From the NCBI GenBank assembly GCA_045533675.1, contig JAZSIF010000044.1:5254-69253 (forward strand): a stretch of DNA of 64,000 nt, written 5' to 3'. Of this stretch, positions 1 to 8,808 are shown piece after piece. Under the pieces are notes generated by a model. That model did not search any database. It saw only the letters and a list, made by a program, of their open reading frames with translations, and was not told the origin of the DNA. Position 1 is the stretch's first letter; the number at the start of each line of letters is the position of its first letter. The DNA comes from Eubacteriales bacterium. Its GTDB lineage: Bacteria; Bacillota; Clostridia; Oscillospirales; CAG-272. The position numbers were made by a program, and so were the translations under genes.

Positions 1-29
1 GCGAATAATTCGGAGTGAAAGGAGAAACG

Positions 30-1802
30 ATGATGATGAAAAAATCACGATGGATGATGCTGCTTGCGGCGCTGATCTGTCTTTCGATGCTGTTTGCCTC
101 CTGCGGCTCCGGTGTGACGGATGCTCCCGATGAGGAGACCCCAAACGGACCCGCTGATTCGAACGGTGGCAAGACCCCGGGCGATGACGATCCTACCGTC
201 GATGATGGTCCCGGAAATGAGACTGTCATTTACCGAGCAATTACCGACGAATGGAGCAAGTACCTTGCGTACAAGGCTCCCGAGGTAGAGTCTGCCAAGA
301 CCGCGACCCTGTTGGCAAAGGACAACGGTGACAACTGGCGCGTTGAGCGACACGGTACGTTTTTGAGACAGACCAAGCTGGTGAATGAAAACACCACGGA
401 GGCTCCTACGTACCGTGAATACACGACCTGTGTTTACAGTGTCATTACGGGCGAGGCAGTTACGGACGAATACCGCTATCTGGTATACAATGACGCCACA
501 CGTCCTGAGTTGAGCTATTCTTTCGACTATTCCGATGCAATAGTAGAGGTACGTACCGCTACCTTGACCGAGGTTGAGGGCGGTGCCGAGGAATACGTAT
601 ATACCTACGATTACTACACCCATGATGGCGAAAAGCTCAATGAGACTGCTCTTGAGGAGTCGAGCTTTGATTGGACCTGGAACGGAGACTATTGCTACAC
701 CTACGTGGAGGACACTTGCTATATCAGCGAGGACGGTGTGATCATTAAGACCTACGCGAACGGCAAGGAAGTCCAGCCCATCGGCTTTGACGTGGTTTGC
801 GGTGACTTTGGATATATCTCCGACGGCGGAATCTATTCGATCTTTGATCTCAACGGAAAGCTGCTTACCAGCTATGTCGCCAGCGGAGCGTACACGAATT
901 ACAACTACGATTATCTTTCCAACGGAAATATGCTGTTCCGTTACGTCAGAGAGTGCAACGCTGAGGAAAGTCGTTACACCGTGGAGGATGAGTACGGTGA
1001 GAAGTGGTTGTATTCCTACGTGATCGTGGATGCGGCAACCGGTACCGCTAAGGAGATCCCCGTAGAATTTGTGATTGACCGTATGGTTACCAAAGCGCAG
1101 GACATGAGTACAAATCTGACGCTGAAGGGTGACTACCAGTATGCCGAGATCACCAAGATCAAGGACGGCTCTCTGGAGGCAACCTCGATTCCCGTGATTC
1201 TCGACAACAATTTGAAGATCGTTGCCGAGCTTCCTCTGATTCTCAAGAATCAGACCTCCTTCGTGGAGGCGATCAGCCAATCCTTCTGGATCGTAGCGGT
1301 GGACGTCTTCGGAACGAGATGCTATTATTCTGTGGATCTTTCCACCGGTAAGGTAGCTCTTTACTACGATATGAGAGAAACCTACACCTATCGTGCGGTG
1401 GACGGTGGCTTCCTGTATGACAAGGTCCTCTATAATGATCTGATGGTACAGCTGTTGGATCTGTCCGAGGCGACGGGAATTGAAGCGTTTGGCAACGGAA
1501 AACTGCTTGTAACCACCTCTGTGGGTGATACGGTTCAGAAAAAGCTTGTCTACATCGAAAACGGTCAGGTGAAGAGCACGGTTTTGTGTGATGGAAATGA
1601 CGGTTTGGACGAATGGTATGGACTGATTCGTATTGCCGAATACGACAGCCTGGGCAGCTTTAAGGGCTACGTGTACCGTAACGAGAAGGGCGAATTGCTG
1701 TTATCGGGACAGAGAGTCTACTTGGAACAGAGCTTCGACGGTACGTACCTTATGAGAGTTAAAGATGAAAACGGTGTTGATTCCTATTATAGCGTTCGGT
1801 AA
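30..1802 (+). CDS. Secreted lipoprotein, unknown function (paralog of 1820..3724)
   Basis: ORF track 15..1802. GGAG at 21-24 is followed by an ATG triplet at 30-38. Signal peptide with lipobox LFAS-C. A D/P/G-rich linker precedes a Tyr/Asp-rich body colinear with the next gene (LSNGNMLFRYV..YSYVIVDAATGTAKE vs LENGNMLLQAKV..LVYVIIDPAAKTAAK). Confidence 0.8.
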   Translation: MMMKKSRWMMLLAALICLSMLFASCGSGVTDAPDEETPNGPADSNGGKTPGDDDPTVDDGPGNETVIYRAITDEWSKYLAYKAPEVESAKTATLLAKDNGDNWRVERHGTFLRQTKLVNENTTEAPTYREYTTCVYSVITGEAVTDEYRYLVYNDATRPELSYSFDYSDAIVEVRTATLTEVEGGAEEYVYTYDYYTHDGEKLNETALEESSFDWTWNGDYCYTYVEDTCYISEDGVIIKTYANGKEVQPIGFDVVCGDFGYISDGGIYSIFDLNGKLLTSYVASGAYTNYNYDYLSNGNMLFRYVRECNAEESRYTVEDEYGEKWLYSYVIVDAATGTAKEIPVEFVIDRMVTKAQDMSTNLTLKGDYQYAEITKIKDGSLEATSIPVILDNNLKIVAELPLILKNQTSFVEAISQSFWIVAVDVFGTRCYYSVDLSTGKVALYYDMRETYTYRAVDGGFLYDKVLYNDLMVQLLDLSEATGIEAFGNGKLLVTTSVGDTVQKKLVYIENGQVKSTVLCDGNDGLDEWYGLIRIAEYDSLGSFKGYVYRNEKGELLLSGQRVYLEQSFDGTYLMRVKDENGVDSYYSVR

Positions 1803-1819
1803 CGAGAAAGGGGAATAGA

Positions 1820-3724
1820 ATGAAAAAGAAACTATTTGCACTGCTTTTGGCAGTAGCTTGTATGATTCTTCCTGTGGTTGGCTGTGGAAACGAATGTGAT
1901 GCCCACGTGGATGCCGACGGGGACAGAATTTGTGACAATTGCGAAGAGGCAATTACCTGTGAGACCCATACCGATGCCAACGGCGACTTTGTGTGCGACG
2001 TTTGCGGCTCGGCAACCAACACGGGCTGTGATTCCCACGTGGACGAGGACAAGAACCTTGCCTGCGACAAGTGCGGCGCAACCTTGACGGGCGGCTGTGA
2101 TCCCCACAAGGATGACAACGCGGATAAGTTCTGCGACACCTGCGGCGGCGCCATCGTGATTCAGACTCAGGTAGCGGCTCCCAAGGAGGAGACCCGCGTA
2201 GATATGGTGGTCAACACCATTCCTACCGATGTCGCACTCGGCACCTATGTTGATACCAGCGCAACTATCGCGAAGCCCATGACGGGAACCCTCGTGAAGG
2301 GGACTTTGTGCCATGAGAATCGGTTTGCCTATACCATTGAGGATGACGCGGCAGGTCTGACCACCTATAAGTTGACCAATCTTGTGAACGGTCAGGTGGT
2401 GTTCCAGAAGACCGAGGTTGAGGATGTGGCGCTTTCGGTCAGCTTCTTTGATCTTTATATTTACGTGACCGAAACGAAGGAGGGAGTTACCACCGATTCC
2501 TATTACTGGTATGCTGACGCGCTCCAGACCGCTCCCTTCGCAATCCAGACGGTCGAGGCAGGAGAGCCCCGCGGCTTGCTCTTTAGCAAATATCTTGAAA
2601 ACGGAGAGGAGCTGTACACCATGGAAGGTCTGGGATACATCTTCGACGACGACAAGCTGTTGTTTGCGGGTGTTGACATGAAGACCTTTGTAGACCGTCC
2701 CTACTTTAACTATGCGACCGACGCATACGGCTATGTACAACACAACGACCGAATTCTTGTGTACAATCTTGCCAAGTGGATGGACTGTGTATATTCCTAC
2801 ACCATTCCTTCCTACTATGAGGAAGTGAAAACGTTCTATCTGGAGAATGGCAACATGCTCCTGCAAGCGAAGGTTCAACTGGCAGACAGCGCTGTATCCT
2901 ATGACTTTATCGAGTATGGTGACAAGTACGATCTGGTGTACGTGATCATTGATCCCGCCGCCAAGACCGCCGCTAAGACTGAGTTCGGGTATTATATAAG
3001 TGAAGTAACTCTTTGCAAGGATATAATAGATGGATACTTTACCGACGCGGCACCCAATGCGATCCGGGCATTTCCCATCGTGAACGATCGTATTGATATG
3101 AACGCATCTAAGATTTTTGTCGTTGATAACTCCTTGAAGATCCTGTTGGACGTTGAGCAGGCAATGGGTAAGCAGGCTACATACGGCTCTGACATTACGT
3201 GTCTGCCCAACGGCTTGATGCGTGTGACGCTGGAGTTGGATTATTTCACAGAGATCGACGCAGTTTACACGACCGCAGGTGAGTTTGTTTGCTACCTGCC
3301 TGAGGGTGCAAGCTTCTATCGCAACTACGTGAAATACAACGGCGAGCTCTACAACTACCGCATGGAGCCCTTGGCTGACTTCACCGAGGCCGGCTATTCC
3401 ATGGCTGGAGAGTTTGACAACTACGCAATTCTTTCCAAGCTGAACGAGGAGAGCGGTGTTACCGAGTACTTCTACTACGACGGAGTGAATATCACTCTGA
3501 TCGATGTGGCAGACGGCGAAGGTGAGACGATCTACGACGTAAACGATACTGGCTTCTGGGTGAGATACCAGTTGGAGGGCGAGACGCTTTATGCGGTCTA
3601 TGATGCGGCAAACCACTTGATTGTAACCACGGAAGAAACCGGTTATCGTATGTCCACGATTGACTATGAGACGGGTGCTTACCTGATCTACACCTACGAC
3701 GGAAATTACTATCTTGTAAAGTAA
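1820..3724 (+). CDS. Secreted lipoprotein with N-terminal Cys/His/Asp tandem repeats, unknown function
   Basis: 634-aa ORF with AAAGGGGA RBS upstream. Signal peptide with lipobox VVG-C. Four short Cys-rich repeats, then a body paralogous to 30..1802. Confidence 0.85.
   Translation: MKKKLFALLLAVACMILPVVGCGNECDAHVDADGDRICDNCEEAITCETHTDANGDFVCDVCGSATNTGCDSHVDEDKNLACDKCGATLTGGCDPHKDDNADKFCDTCGGAIVIQTQVAAPKEETRVDMVVNTIPTDVALGTYVDTSATIAKPMTGTLVKGTLCHENRFAYTIEDDAAGLTTYKLTNLVNGQVVFQKTEVEDVALSVSFFDLYIYVTETKEGVTTDSYYWYADALQTAPFAIQTVEAGEPRGLLFSKYLENGEELYTMEGLGYIFDDDKLLFAGVDMKTFVDRPYFNYATDAYGYVQHNDRILVYNLAKWMDCVYSYTIPSYYEEVKTFYLENGNMLLQAKVQLADSAVSYDFIEYGDKYDLVYVIIDPAAKTAAKTEFGYYISEVTLCKDIIDGYFTDAAPNAIRAFPIVNDRIDMNASKIFVVDNSLKILLDVEQAMGKQATYGSDITCLPNGLMRVTLELDYFTEIDAVYTTAGEFVCYLPEGASFYRNYVKYNGELYNYRMEPLADFTEAGYSMAGEFDNYAILSKLNEESGVTEYFYYDGVNITLIDVADGEGETIYDVNDTGFWVRYQLEGETLYAVYDAANHLIVTTEETGYRMSTIDYETGAYLIYTYDGNYYLVK
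1895..2149 (+). repeat. Four tandem 21-23-aa coding repeats, C-[DE]-x-H-x-D-x-[DN]-x-[DN]-x-x-C-D-x-C
   Basis: Residues 26-110 of the 1820 ORF: CDAHVDADGDRICDNC / CETHTDANGDFVCDVC / CDSHVDEDKNLACDKC / CDPHKDDNADKFCDTC. Repeat starts at C26, C47, C70 and C93. Confidence 0.9.
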
Positions 3725-3758
3725 TCCCCTTGGAATGAAAATCGAATAAGCATGAAAG

Positions 3759-3788
3759 TCCCCCGCTGAGTAATCGGCGGGGGATTTT
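3759..3788. terminator. Rho-independent terminator-like hairpin between convergent genes
   Basis: TCCCCCGC (3759-3766) pairs with GCGGGGGA (3777-3784) and is followed by TTTT. It lies between the lipoprotein stop (3724) and the ptsH stop (3866). Confidence 0.7.
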
Positions 3789-3865
3789 CGGCATGGTGTG
3801 GTTATTACTTTTTGCTCTCTCTCTGAGGCTCGTGCGCATCCCCTGACGAGGGAGATCCGTTTTAA

Positions 3866-4129
3866 TCAATTTCCGAAGGTTTCTTTCAAAACCGATTCGA
3901 GGTGGCGAAGGGATGCTTCCTCATCCTTTCCCTCGATGCGGATGATCACCGTTTCGCCGTGGCGGATACCAAGCCCCATGACGGCAAGCAACTTTTTGAG
4001 ATCGGCGGTCCTCTCGCCCTTACATATGGTAACGTTGTCGGACAGGCGTTGTGCCTCCTTCACAAGAAGTCCCGCGGGGCGGGCGTGAAGTCCCGCGGGG
4101 TCTTTGACGGTAAATGAAAGCTCTTTCAT
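3866..4129 (-). CDS. ptsH: Phosphocarrier protein HPr (His15 present, residue 46 is Lys)
   Basis: 87-aa ORF with the GLHARPAG active-site motif. Its start overlaps the ptsI stop in an ATGA. Aligned to the canonical NLKS46IMGVMSLG it reads DLKK46LLAVMGLG. Confidence 0.93.
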   Translation of the reverse strand: MKELSFTVKDPAGLHARPAGLLVKEAQRLSDNVTICKGERTADLKKLLAVMGLGIRHGETVIIRIEGKDEEASLRHLESVLKETFGN

Positions 4130-5793
4130 TTGGTGGATTCTCCTTTTTCTTGTTTATGAGCGCTAAGGTCAAGGCTTCGGATGCGGTCGCGGAGGGGAAG
4201 CACGTAGGCGGGGGAGACCGACAATTCGTCCACTCCGATCCGCAAGAACCATTCGGTCAGCTCGGTATCCGCTCCCAGCTCGCCGCAAATTCCGATCCAT
4301 TTCCCGTGGAGGTGGGCATTGTCCGCGGCAGTCTTGATCATACGCAGAACGGCTTCGTGGTGCGGATCATAGAAGCGGGACAGACTTCGGTTCTGACGGT
4401 CCAGCGCCAAGGTATACTGAGTCAGGTCGTTGGTGCCGATGCTGAAAAAGTCTACGTGGGGTGCCAGGCGATCGCTGATCAGGGCGGCGGCGGGGGTCTC
4501 GATCATAATGCCGATCTCGGTGTCGGAGGCATAGGCGATCCGCTTTTTATCCAGCTCGCGGCGGACGTCGGCAAGAATTTCTTTTAGCTCCATGACCTCC
4601 TCTAAGGAAGTGATCATAGGGAACATGATCGAGAGCCTTCCAAACACCGATGCCCGAAGCAGGGCGCGGAGCTGGGTTCGAAGGATCTCGGGACGAAGCA
4701 GACAAATGCGGACGGCACGCAAACCGAGGGCGGGGTTTTCCTCCTTGTCCAGACCAAAATAATCCACCTGCTTATCCGCGCCTATATCCAAGGTACGGAT
4801 CACGACTTTTTTCCCTCCCATGCTTTGGAGAACGGTTTTATAGACCGAAAACTGTTCCTCCTCTGAGGGGAAATCCTTGCGGTCGAGATAGAGAAACTCG
4901 CTTCGAAAAAGTCCAATGCCTCCCGCATCGTTGAGCAGGGCGGCACCTACCTCCCGAAGCCCTTGAATATTGGCAAATACGTCTATGCGTTTGCCGTCTC
5001 TCGTCACGTTGTCCATGCCCTTGTATTTTTGAAGCAGGGCTTTGGCTTTGACATCCTCGGCAAGTCGCCGTTTCATATCGGTCAGTGTCTTTTCGTCGGG
5101 ATCAAGATAGACCCTGCCCGTAAATCCGTCCACAATTGCCGTGGTTCCGTTACCTGCTTGCATCAACTCCTCACCCACGTCTACCACGGCGGGGATCCCC
5201 ATGGTACGGGCAAGGATGGCGGTATGGGAATTGACCGATCCCTCGGCGGTGATGAATGCCGAGACTCGGGTACGGTCCAGCTGCATGGTCTCGCTGGGGG
5301 CTAAATCGTCCGCGCAAACGATTCTCTGCTCTCCTCGGACAGATTCCTCCCGCGCGGCGGATTTGCCCGAAAGAGACTCGATCAGACGCATGGAAATGTC
5401 CCGCACGTCGGCGGCTCGTGCCTGCATGTAAGGGTCATCCATGGAGGAAAAAACCATAGAGAAATTTTCGGCGGCGGTGGACACCGCATATTCGGCGTTG
5501 ATCCGCTCGGTGCGGATGGTGTTCCTCACCGAATCGTTATAGTCATCATCCTCCAGCATCATGCCGTGGATCTCAAAGATCTGGGCGCCGCTTTCTCCAA
5601 TGTCACGGAGTGCCTTTTCGTAAAGCTCCTTTAATTCACAGAGCGCGTTCTCCTTTGCCCTTTGAAAACGGCAGAGCTCGGCATCCACGTCCCTGACGGT
5701 GTATCGGGGAACAGGCGAGCCGTTTCTCCGAAAGAAGGAGAGCTTTCCGATGGCAATGCCGCCGTACACACCTTTTCCGATTAATGTGATCAT
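4126..5793 (-). CDS. ptsI: PTS Enzyme I (phosphoenolpyruvate-protein phosphotransferase)
   Basis: ORF track 4126..5817. Full-length EI-like sequence (GGIAIGK N-terminus, AEGSVNSHTAILARTMGIPAVV His region, C-terminal PEP-utilising domain GICGELGAD). Start moved to ATG 5793, which has GGAAG 6 nt upstream. Confidence 0.93.
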   Translation of the reverse strand: MITLIGKGVYGGIAIGKLSFFRRNGSPVPRYTVRDVDAELCRFQRAKENALCELKELYEKALRDIGESGAQIFEIHGMMLEDDDYNDSVRNTIRTERINAEYAVSTAAENFSMVFSSMDDPYMQARAADVRDISMRLIESLSGKSAAREESVRGEQRIVCADDLAPSETMQLDRTRVSAFITAEGSVNSHTAILARTMGIPAVVDVGEELMQAGNGTTAIVDGFTGRVYLDPDEKTLTDMKRRLAEDVKAKALLQKYKGMDNVTRDGKRIDVFANIQGLREVGAALLNDAGGIGLFRSEFLYLDRKDFPSEEEQFSVYKTVLQSMGGKKVVIRTLDIGADKQVDYFGLDKEENPALGLRAVRICLLRPEILRTQLRALLRASVFGRLSIMFPMITSLEEVMELKEILADVRRELDKKRIAYASDTEIGIMIETPAAALISDRLAPHVDFFSIGTNDLTQYTLALDRQNRSLSRFYDPHHEAVLRMIKTAADNAHLHGKWIGICGELGADTELTEWFLRIGVDELSVSPAYVLPLRDRIRSLDLSAHKQEKGESTK

Positions 5794-5882
5794 AGTGCTT
5801 CCTTTCTGTTGTTGCATACACTGGTAGTATGTGACGGAAGACGCGATTTTAACAGAAAAACGTGGAAATTTCCCCGCAAAAC

Positions 5883-5911
5883 TTGACAGGGAAAAATCGG
5901 TGTGCTATAAT
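5883..5911 (+). promoter_or_regulatory. Sigma-70-type promoter (TTGACA-17-TATAAT with TGn)
   Basis: TTGACA at 5883-5888, 17-nt spacer, TGC-TATAAT at 5903-5911. It lies 33 nt upstream of the 5944 ORF. Confidence 0.65.
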
Positions 5912-5943
5912 CATATTATATCAATGAAAAGGAGTAGACTGTT

Positions 5944-6210
5944 ATGGATATTTTGAAGAAGCTGTTTCCTCTGTCCTTTAAGAAGATGAGCGAGGTCAAG
6001 GAGCTGATCATCGCGATTGTCGTGTATCTGGTCGTTGCGATCCTGGCGGGTGTTGCCATTTTCTTGGCTACACTGATCGTGGGATGGATCCCCGTTGTGG
6101 GCGCTCTGGTTGGCTGGCTGTTGGGTATTGTTGGCAGCCTGATTGACCTGTACGCGCTGGTCGGCATCGTGCTTGTCATTCTTGTTTACACCAAGGTGAT
6201 CAAGGACTAA
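5944..6210 (+). CDS. Small hydrophobic membrane protein (88 aa), unknown function
   Basis: AAAAGGAG RBS. Amphipathic N-terminus followed by 2-3 predicted TM segments. Has its own consensus promoter and terminator. Confidence 0.7.
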   Translation: MDILKKLFPLSFKKMSEVKELIIAIVVYLVVAILAGVAIFLATLIVGWIPVVGALVGWLLGIVGSLIDLYALVGIVLVILVYTKVIKD

Positions 6211-6222
6211 AGGACAATGAAA

Positions 6223-6266
6223 GACTCCGCTCTACGCGCACGCACGCAAGAGCGGAGTCTTTTATT
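6223..6266 (+). terminator. Rho-independent terminator
   Basis: GACTCCGCTCT (6223-6233) pairs with AGAGCGGAGTC (6249-6259), followed by TTTTATT. Confidence 0.8.
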
Positions 6267-6274
6267 ATTTGAAA

Positions 6275-6379
6275 ACGGACCGTCGAGGACGTCGGTCCCC
6301 AAAAGTAGGCACGCCATGTGTAGGACTTGATGTAAGAAAAAATTTGTGTGAAAGTTTTGCGCCGCTTTTTCAAAAGCGG
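6275..6379. repeat. F1 intergenic repeat, one-ended copy (hairpin-3 module plus right end)
   Basis: ACGGACCGTCGAGGACGTCGGTCC (6275-6298) also occurs at 63881-63906. AATTTGTGTGAAAGTTTTGCGCCGCTTTTTCAAAAGCGG (6341-6379) matches the right ends at 13969-14006, 42600-42636 and 47789-47828. Confidence 0.75.
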
Positions 6380-6408
6380 AAAAATTCACTCATAACTAAC
6401 GATCCAAT

Positions 6409-7233
6409 CTAACCCCTCTGCGTTTTCCGATACTCTCTCGGGCTTATCCCAAAGTTTTTTTTAAATATCTTCGAGAAATAATTGTAATCGGGGATGCCGC
6501 AACGGCGGGCGATCTCACTCACGGGGAGAGATGTCTCCCTTAGAAGGCGGCAGGCCACGGAGAGCCGTCTCTCCTTAATATGCTCGGCGGGTGTCGTCTC
6601 AAAATATTCCCGAAAGATGGAATAGATCTCGCTGTGGGATAGATGGAAATGGGTACAAAGCACACGGACGGTCAGCTCCTCGGTCAGATGCTCGTCCACG
6701 TAGGAGGAGAGGCGCAGGTCGATCTGCTTCTCGGCTCCTCTGGCTAGTGTTTTGAGGTATTCGTAGCCCGTACAGGCATCTAAAATTCGCATGGCGCAGG
6801 TGATCTTCTCCTCCTCGGTGGTGGGGAGCTGTCGAAACAGCGCGCGAAGGCTCTCTCGCCGTTCTGTGGGAATGCGCTCGGCAAGGTCCTCAAAATCCGC
6901 CTTCGGGTTCGATTTGATCTGTCCGATGGCGATATAGCCGATAATCCGATCGTCGTAGAGAATGGGAGAAATTCCCTCAATCAGCCCCGCGTGGCAGGTG
7001 TACACATACTGCCTGCGGGTCTTTTTGCATTGGGCGAAGGCATGGCGGTCGCAGGCTCGGCAACGCTCATTCATTTCCTCATCCTCTCGGAGCATGGCGC
7101 AAAAGGGGGTGAGCTTTTCGGGGTAAAAGCAAAGCTCGTTTTCCCCGCTGTCGTAAATGCAGATCTTGATTTTTGTCAGATAATAGAAATCGTGCAGGAG
7201 TTCCCGCATTTTTTTTAGATTATAGGTTTCCAT
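6409..7233 (-). CDS. AraC-family transcriptional regulator with PocR-like sensor domain
   Basis: ORF track 6409..7263. Cys-rich N-terminal sensor (CRACDRHAFAQC..YTCHAGL) and C-terminal AraC HTH (GISPREYR). Start set at ATG 7233, which has GGAG upstream. Divergent from the sugar cassette. Confidence 0.85.
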   Translation of the reverse strand: METYNLKKMRELLHDFYYLTKIKICIYDSGENELCFYPEKLTPFCAMLREDEEMNERCRACDRHAFAQCKKTRRQYVYTCHAGLIEGISPILYDDRIIGYIAIGQIKSNPKADFEDLAERIPTERRESLRALFRQLPTTEEEKITCAMRILDACTGYEYLKTLARGAEKQIDLRLSSYVDEHLTEELTVRVLCTHFHLSHSEIYSIFREYFETTPAEHIKERRLSVACRLLRETSLPVSEIARRCGIPDYNYFSKIFKKNFGISPREYRKTQRG

Positions 7234-7334
7234 CAATCGTATTCTCCGATACAAAATTACCATATTTATAGATAAATTATACTATAAAGGAAACAAAAAA
7301 TCAAGTAAAATAGTAAAAAAGGAGGGTAAAAACC

Positions 7335-8807
7335 ATGAATTACTTGAGTTTAGATGTGGGAACCACCTGCTGTAAATGTCAGTTGTTTTCCGAAACGGGA
7401 GAAATTCTCGAATATCTGTCGAAGGAATACGATTTTCGCACGGACGGGGAATATCATTACGTGAACGTGGATGCCGTATGGCAGCACCTTTCGGAAATGA
7501 TCTCCTCCATTGCGAAGAAGCACGAGATCTCCTCGATCTGTGTGTCCTCCTTGGGAGAGTCCTTCGTACTGTTGGACGAAAAGGATGAGATTTTGTTTTA
7601 TCCTATGCTGTATACCGACCCCCGCGGTGAGGAGGAGGCAAAGGAGATTCTCGCGAAGCTTGGCGAGGAGCTCTGCTTCAAGACCTCGGGCGTTTTGCCC
7701 CACAGTATGTATTCGGTCTCCAAGCTTCTTTGGATCAAGAAACATCACCCCGAGCTTTACAGAAGAGCCGACAAGGTGCTTCTCGTGGGGGAATATATTG
7801 GATATCTTCTGTCGGGCGAGCGTGTTATTGACTACGGCTTGGGTGCCCGCACGGGTGTGCTTGACGTGGTCAAGCGTGATTTTTCCGAGGAGATGCTGTC
7901 GGCACTCGATCTGCCTCGCTCTCTCTTCTCCAAGGTCATGCGGACGGGAAGCGTGGTGGGTGCCGTAAAGGCTGACGTGAAGGCGAAACTGGGCATGAGC
8001 GGATCTCCCGTTGTAGTTCTCGGATCTCACGACCAGGTCTGCACCTCGTTGGGTGCGGGCGTGCTGTCCGAGGGGGATGCGGTAGACGGTATGGGAACGG
8101 TGGAGTGCATTACGGCGCTTCACTCCTCCAAGCCCGAAAACGTGGTCATGGGTCGACAGGGCTATCCTTGCGTTCCCTATGCCATTGAGGGACTTTACTG
8201 CACCTATTTCTGGAACTTCTCCTGTTGCTCCTCGGTGAACTGGTACCGCAAGAAGATTATGCACGAGTATGCGGGCGAGGAAAAGAGCTTCTTTGCTCAC
8301 ATTGAAAAGGAGATCGAAAGCAAGCCTACGGGAATCCTCACGCTGCCTTATTTGGGCGGCGCCAGCACCCCTTATCAGAATTTGGACGCCAAGGGAGTGA
8401 TCATCGGGCTTTCCATTGACACCACCGATCGTCAGCTTTTCCAGTCTCTCCTTGAGGGAACTGCCATGGAGATGCGGTTCAACTCCGAGGTGGCAGAAAG
8501 CTACGGTATTCCGATCCGCAACGTGGTGGCTACGGGCGGAGGAGCCAATTCGGTGAAGTGGTTGCAGCTCAAAGCCGATATTCAGGGCATTCCCGTGAAG
8601 ACCCTGCGTTCCAGCGAGGGCGGTCTTTGCGGATGCGCCATGCTTCAGGCAGTGGCACTGGGCGGTGCCAAGGATCTCTTTGAGGCAAGAGACATGTTCG
8701 TTCGGTACGCAAAGGAATTTGTTCCTCAAGAGGAGGCGCATGCCGCCTACGAGGAGGATTACAACAAATACAAAAAAATCTATCATTTGGTAAAGGAACT
8801 TTATTGA
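7335..8807 (+). CDS. FGGY-family carbohydrate kinase
   Basis: 490-aa ORF with GGAGGG RBS. N-terminal LSLDVGTTCCK ATPase motif, HDQVCTSLGAG and GGGANS motifs typical of xylulo-, fuculo- and rhamnulokinase relatives. Confidence 0.9.
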   Translation: MNYLSLDVGTTCCKCQLFSETGEILEYLSKEYDFRTDGEYHYVNVDAVWQHLSEMISSIAKKHEISSICVSSLGESFVLLDEKDEILFYPMLYTDPRGEEEAKEILAKLGEELCFKTSGVLPHSMYSVSKLLWIKKHHPELYRRADKVLLVGEYIGYLLSGERVIDYGLGARTGVLDVVKRDFSEEMLSALDLPRSLFSKVMRTGSVVGAVKADVKAKLGMSGSPVVVLGSHDQVCTSLGAGVLSEGDAVDGMGTVECITALHSSKPENVVMGRQGYPCVPYAIEGLYCTYFWNFSCCSSVNWYRKKIMHEYAGEEKSFFAHIEKEIESKPTGILTLPYLGGASTPYQNLDAKGVIIGLSIDTTDRQLFQSLLEGTAMEMRFNSEVAESYGIPIRNVVATGGGANSVKWLQLKADIQGIPVKTLRSSEGGLCGCAMLQAVALGGAKDLFEARDMFVRYAKEFVPQEEAHAAYEEDYNKYKKIYHLVKELY

Positions 8808-8808
8808 C

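Noticed and set aside
45-1280. 411-aa ORF antisense to the first lipoprotein gene. Similar long antisense ORFs occur at 1832..3616, 7350..8888, 9073..10356, 14499..15563, 28040..29407 and 60595..62052.
   Set aside because: These are shadow ORFs expected in GC-rich coding DNA. They have no RBS and Arg/Gly/His-rich, compositionally odd translations. Each overlaps a gene with clear family motifs on the opposite strand.
7264-7334. Promoter or cre site for the sugar cassette in the AraC-kinase intergenic region
   Set aside because: It is AT-rich with several TATA-like hexamers, but no -35/-10 pair with convincing spacing and no cre-like palindrome could be fixed by eye.
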